Below are positions 45,841 to 59,685 of a stretch of DNA of 64,000 bases, in pieces (the first letter of the stretch is position 1; every line of letters starts with the position of its first letter). This DNA comes from the human T2T-CHM13v2.0 reference genome, Homo sapiens: the NCBI RefSeq assembly GCF_009914755.1, contig NC_060932.1; one strand, given 5' to 3'. Both the position numbers and the translations under genes were made by a program. The notes below the pieces were generated by a model. The model was not told the DNA's origin. It saw only the letters and a program-made list of their open reading frames with translations, and ran no database searches.

Positions 45841-47311
45841 GAACCTTAAATTATTAATCTGTCATCAATGATTCCACGAGTCAATAAAACTCACTTAAAG
45901 AACACCATCCAAACTGAGTAACCAAAATGTTTGTGAAAGCTTTTTAAACTACAGTTCAGAACTTCCCCCACCACCCCACCCATCCCCCGCCCCCGGGGCT
46001 GCATTTAACAACTCCTTCAACATGGAACCACCAAGTTAAGAAAGACTCAGGCACACCAGGGAAAGAATTTCAAAGAATGGTTTTCAGGTCCCAGAGATAG
46101 TCTTTGCTCCAGAAAACCAGTCTCTTAAATGGTTACTGTATTTTCAATAAACTGTTTAAAAATTACTTTCAACTTGGTTATAATAAATTCATAAAACTAA
46201 AGACCTTTAAAATCATAAAGAATTATTTCATATTAATTGGTCTTCAAACTGTAAATAGCAGCCAAACAGTGTGAGTAAAATTACCTTTATTAACAGTGTA
46301 TTTCAAAATACACTTCATATTTTAAATTCAACAAGTGCTCTCAAATGCTCTTTAAAATGCTTTCAATAAAAAATTACTCAACAGCATTACCTAGCATTTG
46401 GATATTTAAATTTTTAAGTGTCTTATACAAAAAGATTTCATGTGATGTTTTCCCCATTCAATAAACAAAAACTGATCACTTGTTTATGCCTCAGGAACTA
46501 TAATAAGTATGAGGATTCAGGGACCATACTCCAGAAGCTAAACTCAACTTAAAGAGCTCTCTTATGAGGTAAGAACTGCAGAACAGATCACTCCATTTCA
46601 TTAAGAAATTGAGCCTCAGCAGTTGCCTTGTTCAAGATGACACAAGTTAGTTGCAAGTTATATATTCTCAGAAAAGAGAAAACCTACTTCAAATATTAGA
46701 ACACAGGAATACAAGGCCAAAAAGATCTAATGTATTCATTTGCTTGTATTTCTTAAAACTAAGTAAACATAATGCTTCTTTTAAAAAGAATTTCTTTATT
46801 TCAATATTCCAGTTACTTACAGTAACTAATATGACAGAAACTTATGACAGCTTGTAGAACATTTTAAGGAAAAAAATACCAAAAAGTGAAGCACTATAGA
46901 AAACAAAGTCAGGTTTTCCTATTATTTTTATTCTTAAGGGATTCACTCTCTTCACAGAAAAACTTCATGAATTATTTTCAACCTCCAAACACATATTATA
47001 TAATTCAATTTAGTAAGTATTATCTAGACTAAATCCACACAGGTTATGGTGGTAAGTCACGACACTCAACAAATGTAAAATTCTACTGGTCACAATTCAA
47101 TAGGATTTATATCAGTAGGAATATAATTTAATGTTACTTAATTCACTTGCTACTCCTTAGAAGGATCATTTGTAGAATGAATATTAGTATATCAAATCAT
47201 AATTTCATATCAAGTTGTATGTTCATTATAAGTCATAGTCTAACAGAAAGTGCTCTTTTCAACATAAATAAAAATTACACGTAAGTAAAGGATCATATAG
47301 TGTGGGTGTTT

Positions 47312-47586
47312 GGACCAGTGGCTCATGCCTATAATCTCAGCACTCTGGGAAGCCAAGGAGGGAGGACAACTGGAGTTTGAGACCAACGTGGGCAACATGG
47401 AGAGACCTCATCTTTACAAAAAAAATTTAAGAATCAGCCAGGCATGGTGGCACATACCTGCAGGCCCAGCTACTTAGAAGGCCGAGACAGAAGGATCACT
47501 TGTGCCCAGGAGTTCAAGGCTGCAGTGAGCTATGACTGCACCACTGCACTCCAACATGGGTAACAGAGCAAGACCATCTCAAAAAT
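47312..47586 (+). mobile_element. Alu (J-type) followed by an alternating purine-pyrimidine tract
   Basis: Diverged dimer with a tail of TG/CG repeats extending to 47648. Confidence 0.88.
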
Positions 47587-48708
47587 GTGTTTGTGTGTGT
47601 GTGTGTCTGTATGTGTGTGTGTGCACGTGCGCGCACGCATGCGTGTGTTATCACTATTATATCATTACTGATGTAATATATATAAACTGTCTACAATAGT
47701 CCCTGATGCCTACCACATGCTCAATAGGTGTCGCTTCTATTACTTAATACAGAAACTACTTAATCCTTCCATAAACATATTACCATTTCAAGAAACATTA
47801 GTCAAGTTGATAAAACCGGGAGATTTTTGTACAGTTACTAAATACACATAAAATACTTTTGATTTTAGGTGCCAATTTTCAACAAGATCTCAGCAGCTTC
47901 ATGGTGTTTCTGAGGGAAAACAAAGCATGGAAAGATTGGGTATAGCCTAGACTATATCCTATGATGATGGATGGAAATGGAGGAGTCAGTGGGAAGTCAA
48001 CAGTTTGAGTTTTAAAATATACATAAACACACACACAAAAAAAATAGAAAACTGCAGAAATACACACATATACATATTTTTCCTTGCTTATGAAGGCCTA
48101 GAATACACAGGCAGATGTAAGAAACCCACCAGTAACCATAAGAAAATCTAGCACCCAGAGCTGGGTTTCTAAATACTGTTCTCCTAGCCAAAGAAAAGAA
48201 ACTAGGGTTCCTTGGTAAAATGGCTGACTCTAAAATTCAGGCAGGGAAAATATGAGTCTGAAACACCTTCTTAAGACAAAATATGGAAGTCCTCAAAAAA
48301 TGAGATGTCAAAGATAAAGAAGCCAGCTTGAAGAGTCCTCTATTGGCCAAACTGAATACATTTTGGGAATCTAAACAAGAGATTGATGATAATAGTCATA
48401 AAATAAAATGAGAATCAAAGAGTCCATACCTAAATGATGAATGAACAAATAAGTTGGGGAAGAAGGAAAAGCTCTCACAGTAGAATGGCAACTAATAAAT
48501 GTAGAAGAAATAATGGTGTTAGAAAAACACCAATGGATGCTAAAACCAATGTGTGAAAATTTGGTGAGGAACAGGATTATCTGCGTAATCTCAAAGTATC
48601 TCTCCACAAATTACCAATTAATAAAGGAACAAAATAGTAACTTCACAATGGAGAAACCCAATGAATGCCATCTGAAGTAGTCAAAACTAACTTCACCAAC
48701 ATTGGGCC

Positions 48709-49302
48709 TGTATGAAATGCTTGCTTCTTGGTGCCGTAAAGAACTAGTATTTGAATATAAATTTAATTTTTTTAGCAAGGTCATTTTTTTACTTTTTGTA
48801 GAAAGCGTACACTCGCCGGCAGTTTTGCCATGAGAGTACACCGAACAAAGGAGACAGGGTCATTTATAACCTGATGCGGTCACTTTACTGCTCTGTCCGG
48901 TTTTCACTGGCTGCAACAGGACCTTACATTTTGTATCTGTCCTGATTGGATAGTAACTCAGAACTTTTTAAAAGAGGCAAAGGTAGAGGAGAACAAAGGA
49001 AGGAGGAAGTAACTTGCAGGATGCTGAGAAAGGTAAAAACGCTTTTAAATAAAGAAGAGGAACGGCTATGACAATGTTTGCTTGGATTCAGTATAAGCAT
49101 GCTAGGGCAAATATTTAGGCTAAATTGTGGGAGCTAAGAACATAAAGTACATTAATTTTTTTATTACGGCTAGCAGATATTTCAGAATGTTAGTACAGGT
49201 CTTTGAATTAATTTTGCTTTTAAGAGAAGTTACTATTTATTCCTAATTACATGGGGAGGAAAGTCTTTGAAGAGGAACCTTTACTTTACTTTACTTTTCA
49301 TA
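48709..49302 (-). mobile_element. Solo ERV1 LTR (LTR10C-like), same orientation as PCMTD1
   Basis: 594 bp with a 4-bp TSD GGCC (48705-48708 and 49303-49306). Minus-strand CCAAT (~48945-48949), TATA-like TTATAAA (~48863-48869) and ATTAAA (~48761). Confidence 0.8.
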
Positions 49303-49778
49303 GGCCAAACCAATGCACCTACTGATATATGCCCTGAGATGGACACTCATCACATCAGTGATATTATTCCTGGACTAGATCATAAACTAAGGGGGAAAAA
49401 GATACCTACAGGACACATTATTGAAAACAAGTGGCAGAATATGAATACAGGTTATATATAAATGGCATTGTATCATTATTAAAGTTCCTGATTTTAATAA
49501 CTATACTGCGCTTCTCTAAGAAAACATCCTTGTTCTTGGAAAATATGTACTAAAGTTAAAAAAAAATTCTACTCCAAACTACTCCAAATGGTGCAGAAAA
49601 CTCTGTGTGTGTGTAATAAAGCAAATGCATCAAAATGCAAGCAACTAATGAATCTAAGCAAAGGGTATACTGGAGTTCCTTGTACTGTTGTGCCAGTTCT
49701 TCTACAAGCTTGAAATTCTATCAAAATAAAAAGATACATAAATGTAAGCCATTGTGACTCTAAGCAAACGGTGTATAG

Positions 49779-49875
49779 CAAGCTTGTCCAACCCACAGCC
49801 CATGGGTCACATGCAGCCCAGGATGGCTTTGAATGCAGCCAAACACAAATTCGTAAACTTTCTTAAAATATTATG

Positions 49876-49910
<35 letters not shown>

Positions 49911-50007
49911 CTCATCAGCTATCCTTAGCATTAGTGTATTTTACGTGTGGCCCATGACAATCTTTTTCCAATGTGGCCTGGGGAAGCCAAAAGATTGGAC
50001 ACCCCTG
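49779..50007. mobile_element. MER30 hAT-Charlie MITE
   Basis: caagcttgtccaaccc...gattggacacccctg with an 8-bp TSD gtgtatag/gtgtacag. Confidence 0.88.
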
Positions 50008-50121
50008 GTGTACAGGAAGAAGTTCCTTGTGCTATTTCTCACAATTTTTCTTTAAGTTTGAAACTATTTCAAAATGAATTTATATAACTACATGAATTGT
50101 GAGTTAAAATGCAAGCAAGAT

Positions 50122-50790
50122 CTTCATGCCTGTAATCCCAGCACTTTGGGAGGCTGAGGCAGGAGGACTGTTTGAGCCTAGGAGTTTGAGAACAGCCTGG
50201 GCAACATAGTGAGACCCTCATCTCTACAAAAAATTTAAAAAATTAGCCAGGCATGGTGGCTCGTGACTATAGTCCCAGCTACTCAGGAAATGGAGGTAGG
50301 ATGATCCCTTGAGCCCAAGAGGTGAAGGCTGCAGCAAGCTGTGATCACATCACTATATTCCAGCCTGGATGATAGAGTGAAACCCTGTCTCAAAAACAAA
50401 TAAAGCCTAAGGGAATATGCAGATTAATGGAAGAGAAGGCTATTTTGTGCAGACAGGAAACAGATGAAAGACAATTTGACTTTTAAAACTATGAGTAAGG
50501 CTCATGCCTATAATCCCAGCACTTTGGGAGGTCAAGGTGTGAGGACTGCTTGAGCCCAGGAGTTCGAGACCAGCCCTGGCAAAACAGTGAGACCCTATTT
50601 CTATAAAACATTTAAAATATTAGCCAGGTGTGGTAATGTGCACCTGTGATCCCAGCGATTCGGAACTCTGAGGTGGGAAGATTGCTTGAGCCTGGGAGGT
50701 CAAGGCTGCAGTGGGCCGTAGTCATGCCACTGTAGTCTGGCCTGGGAGACAGAGCAAGACCCTGTGTCTCAAAAGAAAAAAGAAAAAAAG
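50122..50790 (+). mobile_element. Two J-type Alus (50122-50405, 50499-50790)
   Basis: Forward dimers, slightly 5'-truncated. Confidence 0.9.
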
Positions 50791-51543
50791 CAAGAACTGA
50801 GCAATCAGCAAAGATAATTCCTTCACAGTATATATGTCCTAAAGCTCACTCCTAGATCTGTCACTTGAGGGGGAAAAAAAAAAAGAAAAATCACCTTAGG
50901 AATGAATGTCATATTGTTATTCTCAGTTTAAGTTAGAAAAAAGTGGCATGACTAAAAAAAAATAAAGTTGGAAATGTAACAGGAAACTTATAAGAGCCAA
51001 AACCAAATCATAGGAACAAACTATAACAAATCAACAAAGCTTTAAAGAAAATGGTAAATTAAAACTAAAGTCAGTATATTCGTGTTCATGATTGTCCCAT
51101 CAAACTATCATTTAAGAATCTGAGGTGGGCTATAGGAAGTCATATATAAATCAGGTCAAGGAAAACAAAGATTAATAGGAAAATGAAACTATGTGAAAAC
51201 TGAGTACTTACAATTTACAAGTCAACAGGTTCTCCTCAATTAAAGCTCAGTCACACAACACCTGCCTCTGAGCAACCAAAGCAAAATAAAATAACCAATA
51301 AAAAAGTGAGACAACTATGTATCTCATTTCAGGTAGAGAAGACATTCTAAATTAAAAAGCCACAGGCAAAACGTAAAAATGATAAAAATGATGTATTCTA
51401 TCTGGCAAAGCACACAGTAAAACATCAAAATACAAAAACCAAACTGGGGGAAAAAATTGCAACATGTGGCAAAGGGTTGATAGCCAAATTTATAAGAATT
51501 ATTTACAAAGAAACATTTTTAATTTTTTTAATAAAAGGGCAAA

Positions 51544-51860
51544 GGCCAGGTGCAGTGGCTCATGCCTATAATCCCAGAACCTTGGAATGCCAAGGCTGGA
51601 GGATTGCTTGAGGCCAGGAGTTAGAGATCAACCTAGGCAACATAGCGAGACCATCATCTCTAACCAAAAAAAAAAAGTTTAAAAAAAAAAATAGCCAGGC
51701 AAAGTGGTGGCATGTACCTGAAGTCCCAGCTACTCAGGAGGTTGAGGCAGGGGGATCCCTTGGGACCAGGAGTTTGAGGTTACAGTGAGCTACAATAGCA
51801 CCACTGCACTCCAGCCTGGGCAACACAGCAAGATCCTGTCTCCTTTTAATGAAAAAAAAA
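51544..51860 (+). mobile_element. Alu (J-type) within an old L1 remnant
   Basis: Forward dimer with L1-like flanks at 51330-51540 and 51880-52000. Confidence 0.88.
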
Positions 51861-52380
51861 GAGGGGAGGGGGGCAGAGGAGACAATAGGTATTTGCCAGA
51901 AGAATTACTAAACCACCAGTAAATATGAAATTATGCCCAACCTCAGTGGCAATTAAAATGCAAAATTAGAAAGACAACTTTAGGCCTATAAGATTCATAA
52001 TGATGTTTTTAAAAAAAACTTATTGAAAAAGGTATAGGAAAACATGTTTTGTATTTTCATCTCTTACTATGTTTTCTTACATATTAATAATAATCCCCCA
52101 CTTCCTATCCTTAGGAAATATCAACTCTTCCACCTTTATTGGGAACTCTAGCATCTCTACTGTAGTCTTTTCTACTCCCCAACTCATACCATAATCAGGG
52201 GCATCCTCAACGTACATGAACAACCTTTTCAATCTCCAAAGGAACAACTATGACACCTTTAACTGAGGACTTATATCACCCAATTGTCCAACCTGAATCC
52301 TTACTTTTTTCTCTGACCTGATTTTATGTCTACTTTGCTTGTTGTCTGCCACTACAGTCAATGTCACTAGTACTCTACCC

Positions 52381-52697
52381 CAAGGATCAGCAAACTTTTT
52401 CTGAAAAGGCCAGATAATAAACATTTTAGGATTTGCAGGCAATAGTTTCTGTCCCAACTACTGAACACCACTGTTGTAAGGCAAAAGTAGCTATAGACAA
52501 CTTAAAAGTTAAAGAGTATGGCTTTGTTCCAATACAATTTTATTTCTGGACACTAAAATTGGAATGTCATATCATTTTCATGTCATAAAATAGTCTTCCA
52601 ACCATTTGAAAGTAAACACCATTCTTAGTTTGCAGACCACACAAAAAAAGACAGTAGTCCAAGTTTGGCCCATGGGCTACAACCGGCTAACACCTAC
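52381..52697. mobile_element. MER58B-like hAT MITE
   Basis: caaggatcagcaaactttttctgaaaaggccagataataaacattttagg. Confidence 0.72.
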
Positions 52698-53682
52698 TCT
52701 CATCTTCTTCCCAAATCAACCCCAAGAACACTGCTTCACTTACTGAGTCTTCATTACTCTCAATCCTTCATTCTAACTTTCTGCTTCACTCATCTTGCAA
52801 ACTTCTGATCATGGAACAAGCCAATAATCTCTCTTCTCCATGGACTGTTTTATATTGTGAAGTGTTACTTAAGAAAGAAATCCAGTGCCTGTGTTGGTGC
52901 CACTAAACATTTATATTCTTCAAGCTTAACTGGATTTTCAATAATGCCCAGCAATATCTCTTGTGTTTATTTACCTCTGGCTCCCACCTGCACAGCAAAT
53001 TCATTACCACTACTACAACCAACAACCCCTCAAGACTAGGCTCCACAAGGGTCCTTCTTCGTCCTCCACAGAAAAACAGGTCATAAGACAAAACGCCTCA
53101 ATTTGCCAGACTGTCATCCTAATCCCATCCCATTAGACAAGAATATTACAAATATGATAGCATCTATATTTACATCTACAGACAGGCAGAGTGTAGTAAG
53201 TTCAACCTTCATTTGGAGCCCAACAGATCTGATTTTGTCCAACTTAATTAATAATTACTACACTTAGTAGTTGCCTGGCATTCAACCGTTTTAGAATTGT
53301 CTTTTAATTATTCTTCAAAAAAACCTTCAAGGTAGGTTTTATTATACCCATTTTACAAAGAAAAAAATTTAGAGCTGGGCTTAAAACCTCGGTGTAAGTC
53401 AAAAGCCACAGAACTTTGCTCATATCTGGGCTCCATTTTTTTCGATTTCAAAAGTGCATTATCTAATCTGAGCCCTGAATACTATTTCAGGGGCACCTCC
53501 AGCCATCTCTCCTCCCACAGCCTTTGCTGAAGTTCCCTTAACCACAATAAACTTCTTCAAGCATCCATGTTTTTGCATATGCATTAAGTCTCTACCTAGA
53601 AAGTTCTCCCTGTTCACTCAGATGCCACTAATGAGTCCCCCTCCTCTTAGAAATCTCTAAGTCCAACCCCAAAACACTTATA

Positions 53683-54076
53683 AGCCTTAGTCTTTTCAGG
53701 CTGTCATAACAAAGTACCATAGACTGGGTGCCTTAAACAACCCAAATTTATTTTCTCAAGCTAGAAGTCCAAGATCAAAGTGCCAACAGAATCACTTTCT
53801 GGTAAGGCCTCTAGGCCTCTCTTCCTGGCTTGCCGATGGTCACCATCTTGCTGTGTTCTCACATGACCTCTTCTTTGTACACACAAAAAAGCATGAGGGA
53901 GCTCTCTGGTGTCACTTTTTAAAATGACGCTATTGGATCAGGGCCTCACCATTATGATCTTAATTACTTCCTCGGAAGCCCCATATTCAAGTACAGCTGC
54001 ACTGGGCATGGGGTAGGGGGCGGTCAGGGTTTCAACACGTGACTTTTAGGGGGACATGAACATTCAATTCATAACT
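53683..54076. mobile_element. MaLR LTR (MLT1A/B-like)
   Basis: cttagtc...ggctgtcataacaaagtaccatagactgggtg...gggggacatgaacattcaattccataac. Confidence 0.78.
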
Positions 54077-54485
54077 GTACCTTCTTTCAAAAGCTCTCAA
54101 ACACCCTGAGCCTATGTATCTCTGTATCATCTCTCCACAAAGTGATTATCCTGTTTCCCACCCACTTGACTGTGGCCTCTTCAAAGTAAGGGTCTATATG
54201 CTAGTCACTTGTTTACTTCTGACACTTAGTTGAATGCCTTATAACAAAGATATTATTCAAGATCCCTGCTAATGAGTAACTGAGTGTAGTTTCTCAGTTA
54301 TTTAAGATCATGAAAAGAACAGAAGACATATATCTATGTACTTGACAAATTATACACTCCACTGGACATTAACATAGCCTGTTTGGGGTATTATATTTCA
54401 TTGGAGAGAAAACACAAGTCTTTAAAAGCTTACAATTTAGTTATGAATAGCATACTTAAAAAAAAAAAAAAAAGAAATAAAAAAC

Positions 54486-54822
<337 letters not shown>

Positions 54823-55766
54823 TCAAAATGAGAGCAAATCAACAAGGAATATAATAGCTAGATGGAATAAAACCTATGAAACCAAAAGTATTATCATCAG
54901 ATTATAAAGTATTTAAACTTGTAATTTTCCATGGCCTGAATTAAATTAAGTAGCAAAGACTGTAGTACAGATGCCACAGTTCCCATTAAAGGTGAAAGAG
55001 TTGATACTTCAGTGTCCTAAGGCTAGCAAGTGGGGAGATTGTTATTAAGAGTAAAATGTATATATATGCATATATAGATAATAATAGAGGGACACACACA
55101 AAAACACAGGGAGAGCAAAGAAATTCAACAGATTTTCTTCTTAATTATTAATGCAATATTAAACCACAGTAAATCTCACAAAAGAGTAAACAGTTTTATA
55201 AATATTATTAAGTATAAGGAGGTACACAAAGGTTGACAAATGCCCGATATTTTTAAAACGTGTTCAGAAAGTCAAACTGAAAACAACCAAGGTATGTGTA
55301 TTTTCTAAATCATTCCCTTGATGTACAGACCTAGGCTAGCATAAGGTTACAAGAGCTTTTTTTTGGCATCTGAATTCTCTGCAGTTGAATTACTGTGACA
55401 AAAGCAACAAAATGAGGCCAAGTAAAAATCAGTCGTATTATGTTGTTGACATTTAAAAACCTCATTCCAGAACTTTAAAACCATTTGCATTTACAAAAAC
55501 AAAGACATAGTTCATAAATATTCCCGTGCAAATAAACCCAAACAAAATAGGCACTTTGATATTTGTGAAAGCAGGTCAACAGAAATAATTATAAAGAAAA
55601 TCATAAAATTATCTAGTTCGCTGTCATGCATCAGACAAAACTACTTGTTCAAGGGCATACTGAAAGAATTTGTGGCTCCGTGTCTTGAGTTTCTTTTCAA
55701 TACATCCTAAAATAAAAGCTACAAAATGTGACATTTTCTGAGATAAAATGCCTTCTTTGGGTGTGT

Positions 55767-56239
55767 TGCTGTCTGCTGAACATTACCTATCAGTTGAGAT
55801 TGAGACAGTGTTAAAGCCTTATATTATTAAAATAAACCAGGTGTACCTCTTAAAGCTATAGACAGAGCCACTGATCTGAGTCAGTGTAGTAAAAACAAGC
55901 AGTGCCTAAATATTTGGTCCAGGACTATGGCTCCATTTTTATATTTCAGTATGAGAGAATACCGGAAGCAAGCAGGAAATAGCCACTATCAGCTGACTGG
56001 GAACAATCAAACACAAAAGCAGGAATTGGCCTCTAAGTCAAAAGGAATGTACCATCATTTTACCTAAAAGAAAAGTTTCTGAATGGCAAAAGGGAATAAA
56101 GTAACAAGTATGTTCTTCAAGAAAATCCTAGTGTAGTAATATGCTGCCCTGACCCCACCAGGGATTAGGCACAAAGAAATAGTCTTTTTAATACCCACTG
56201 TCTCAATCCCAACTGATAGGTAATGTTCAGCAGACAGCA
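55767..56239. repeat. 44-bp inverted repeat (arms 55767-55810 and 56196-56239)
   Basis: 43/44 reverse-complement identity with a 385-nt spacer. Confidence 0.95.
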
Positions 56240-58380
56240 TTGGAGAAAACACTGCAAGGGGAAAGGACTTTGTTTCCCGGCCTGGTGCAATGCTTGGCAG
56301 GCTTCCCCAGCACGAGGATGCTGCAGTGCAGGACAATAGACAGCTTTCCCCAGCACTCTCTTTTGGACAGTTTGTAGAACACAACCTCTAGCAAAATGCC
56401 TCTCTATGAACATCTTTCTATGGTATCCTAGAGGATAGATTTCTGGCAAATTCCATCAACTTCTCTGCCATCCAATAAGCCATTGAGGTACCCTCTCCAA
56501 CAAGACCTGTTCTCAGCCTGGGATGGGCCTCTTCTTTGGGTGCTCAATTGTAGTTCTGTAAGTAGTGGCTGTTTCTTAACATCTATTTCTATATCCTGTA
56601 GCACTCTCTGTACTTCCTACTGGTTCTGTTACAGTAAATAATCCTTTACACTAAACATTCTCTGCTCAAATTACTGCATGATTTCTCTTTCCTGACTGGA
56701 CCCAGATTTATATAATCCTGAAAACCAGAAAGACTACACACAAGCCACCGAAATAAAGACAGCAGTTGAGCAATAAAATTAACTAAAATACAACAGATAC
56801 TGATACTTGGCTAAAGCATCCACAACCTCCTCAATTTAACTTAAATTACTATATCCCACAAACATTCTCTCATCCTTTTAACTTTAACTTCTAAGTATTG
56901 GGGGGCGGGGAGGATATCTTCGCTTCTTGGCAAAATTTTAAACACCTGTCACCACATTTTCTGTGTTAAGAGAGCTGTCACAATGATCAGAGAGGGGAAG
57001 TTAGACGCCAGCCCTGACTAAGAGTACTGAGGGTGGCAGTTACCAATTCTGCCATCTTCAAGTTCCTGCCTAGGACAATATATCATACAAACTTTTAGAC
57101 AGGAGGATGCCTTAGTGGCTTCATCTACTGCAGTCGGCTTGAAAAGAACTTGTTAACTGAAGCACATGTTCTTTCTGGTGCCCTTGCTTCTCTCCTATAA
57201 ACTTACATGACTATTAACACACATGGGAAATGACAAAATAAAACCACTGAAAAACTCCTTAAATTTCATGTAGGCATAGGTAGGCAGACTAAAAATACAA
57301 ATTCACAAAGGAGCTATCTGCAGAAAAACAATTTTACAATAAAGCAACAGTAAATGACACTAAATAAATCACATACTTTGCCACTGTATTAAAATGCAAT
57401 ACACTCAACACCACAGAAGAGTGGTAACTGTCGGATAGACAGCCTTATGTCTCTACGGGGCATACGTTGTTTGTGCTGGGTCAGAAGGTTATACGTGTTT
57501 TGGAAAAACAAAAACACTTTCAAAGATAGCAATTTTTTGTAATTTGTGTTATCCAATGACATTACTATAATTTCTCCTTTAACAACTAGTGAGCATTGGA
57601 AATGCATTTTTAAATGTGTACTTACAGTGAATGCACAAGGATATTCTTTCCTACTAAGAACAAAGACTATGTACAGTTTCTTAAAGCACAAGGCTCTTTC
57701 CTCCAAACTGGTAAGAATCCTTGCAGCAAATCCACAAGGACCTCAACTTCTGTCTGCTTTTCTGCAATTTAAATAGCTGTTAATTTCGTCCCTTCCTCCA
57801 ACATATTGCCGAAGAGACTTCAGAACAGCTATTTTTCCTTTCCCCTGTTCGACTTATTCAAAATCATCATCCTCTTTAGCTGAAATTTTCCAGTGCATTC
57901 AGTAAGTTTCTAGATTAATTTCACTGGGGAGGAAAGTTCTATCATTTCAAATTTAGAATATTTAAAACTATAGCCCCTCACCTTTCAGACCAGCTACTCT
58001 TTAATTACTCCCATTCCCCTTAGTGAAAAGCCCTTTTGTCAATACCCCTATCAATTTTTGCTAGATTACTGCAATGAACTTCAAGATGATCATACCTGTA
58101 GTTATCCCAATTTCAATGGGATTCCTATATGCCATTTTGATTCATCTGCCCAGTATACAACTTTTATCAATAAAGAAAGCAGCTCCAAAAATCCACAGGT
58201 GCCCCCAAGATTCTACAAAAATGGGAAGAAATCTCACCTGGCAGGACTCAATGCCACCCCCATTTAAACACAGCTGCACTAGTTTTATCAGTTTTATAAA
58301 TGTCATCTTAATCTTTTGTTGGGGAGAGGCTGTTTAGAAATCATTTCCATAAGGAATCAAATGGCCACAGTATATTTACC

Positions 58381-58910
58381 TGTATTAGTTTTCTATCACT
58401 GTCATAGCAAATTAGCATAAACCTAATGGCTTAAAACCACACAAGTTTATTATCTGATAGTTCTGGAGGTCAGAAGTCTGACACAGGTTTCATGATACAA
58501 GTCTCACTGGGTTAAGATCAAGGTGTTGGGGAGACTGTTCCTTTCTGAAGGTTCTTTAGGAGAAATCTGTTCCCTCGCATCAGTGTCTAGTGTCCATCTG
58601 CTTTTTTTTTTTTCTCTCTTGCCTCATGGCCCTTTCTTTCTTCCATCTGCAAAGCAAGAAACATGACGCTGATTCCTTTTCTGCTGTCTCTCTGGTTCTC
58701 TCGCTCTGCCTCCTCCTTCCATTTTTAAGGACCCTTATGATTACACTGGGCTTATCGGGATAATCCAGGATAATCTTCCTATCTTAAACTGATTAGCAAC
58801 TTTAATTCATCTGCAACCTTAATTCCCCTTTGCCATATAAGGTCACATATTCGCAGGTTCCAGGGATTAGAACATGGACCTCTTTGGGGGGCTACTATTT
58901 GCCTAGCACA
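58381..58910. mobile_element. MaLR LTR (MLT1-like)
   Basis: tgtattagttttctatcactgtcatagcaaatta...gttctggaggtcagaagtc...ggggggctactatttgcctagcaca. Confidence 0.78.
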
Positions 58911-59314
58911 CTACCCAAACTTTGACTCCTACTCTTCAGGGTAATGCTGTTCCATAGAGAATCAGATACAATCCATCTTAAAATGTATACCGGCAGCCCA
59001 AATCCATCCCTTCTCCCATTTCTCATCCAGCATACAGGTGAAGAAACAATATGGCAGAAAGGATCAGCAGAAGAAATATGCTTATTATTACTTGACAGAC
59101 TTGGAATTTATTTTCTCTTACAGGTAAATAACGCAAGGTTATATTCTTAAGATAGTCTAAAATCCTCTAACTAAAGCAATAACTATGTATAAACTAACTG
59201 AACACCCTGAAACTCAATTTTAAGTAGCAACTAGAAACTGCAAAAAAACAAAACTATCAATCATTTGGTATGGTAATTATCAAGCCATGCAATCATTTTC
59301 CTCGTTTAAAATAA

Positions 59315-59685
<371 letters not shown>

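Larger units (their letters stand above)
47865..50085 (+). mobile_element. Old L1 (L1MC/MD-like) 3' region fragmented by an LTR and MER30
   Basis: gtaacttcacaatggagaaacc...cttcaccaac|...aagggtatactggagttccttgtact. The flanks rejoin across the inserts. Confidence 0.65.

Noticed and set aside
56330-56712. Possible ancient ERVL-type LTR end
   Set aside because: Only the last ~60 bp look LTR-like, and I could not support a family or boundaries by eye.
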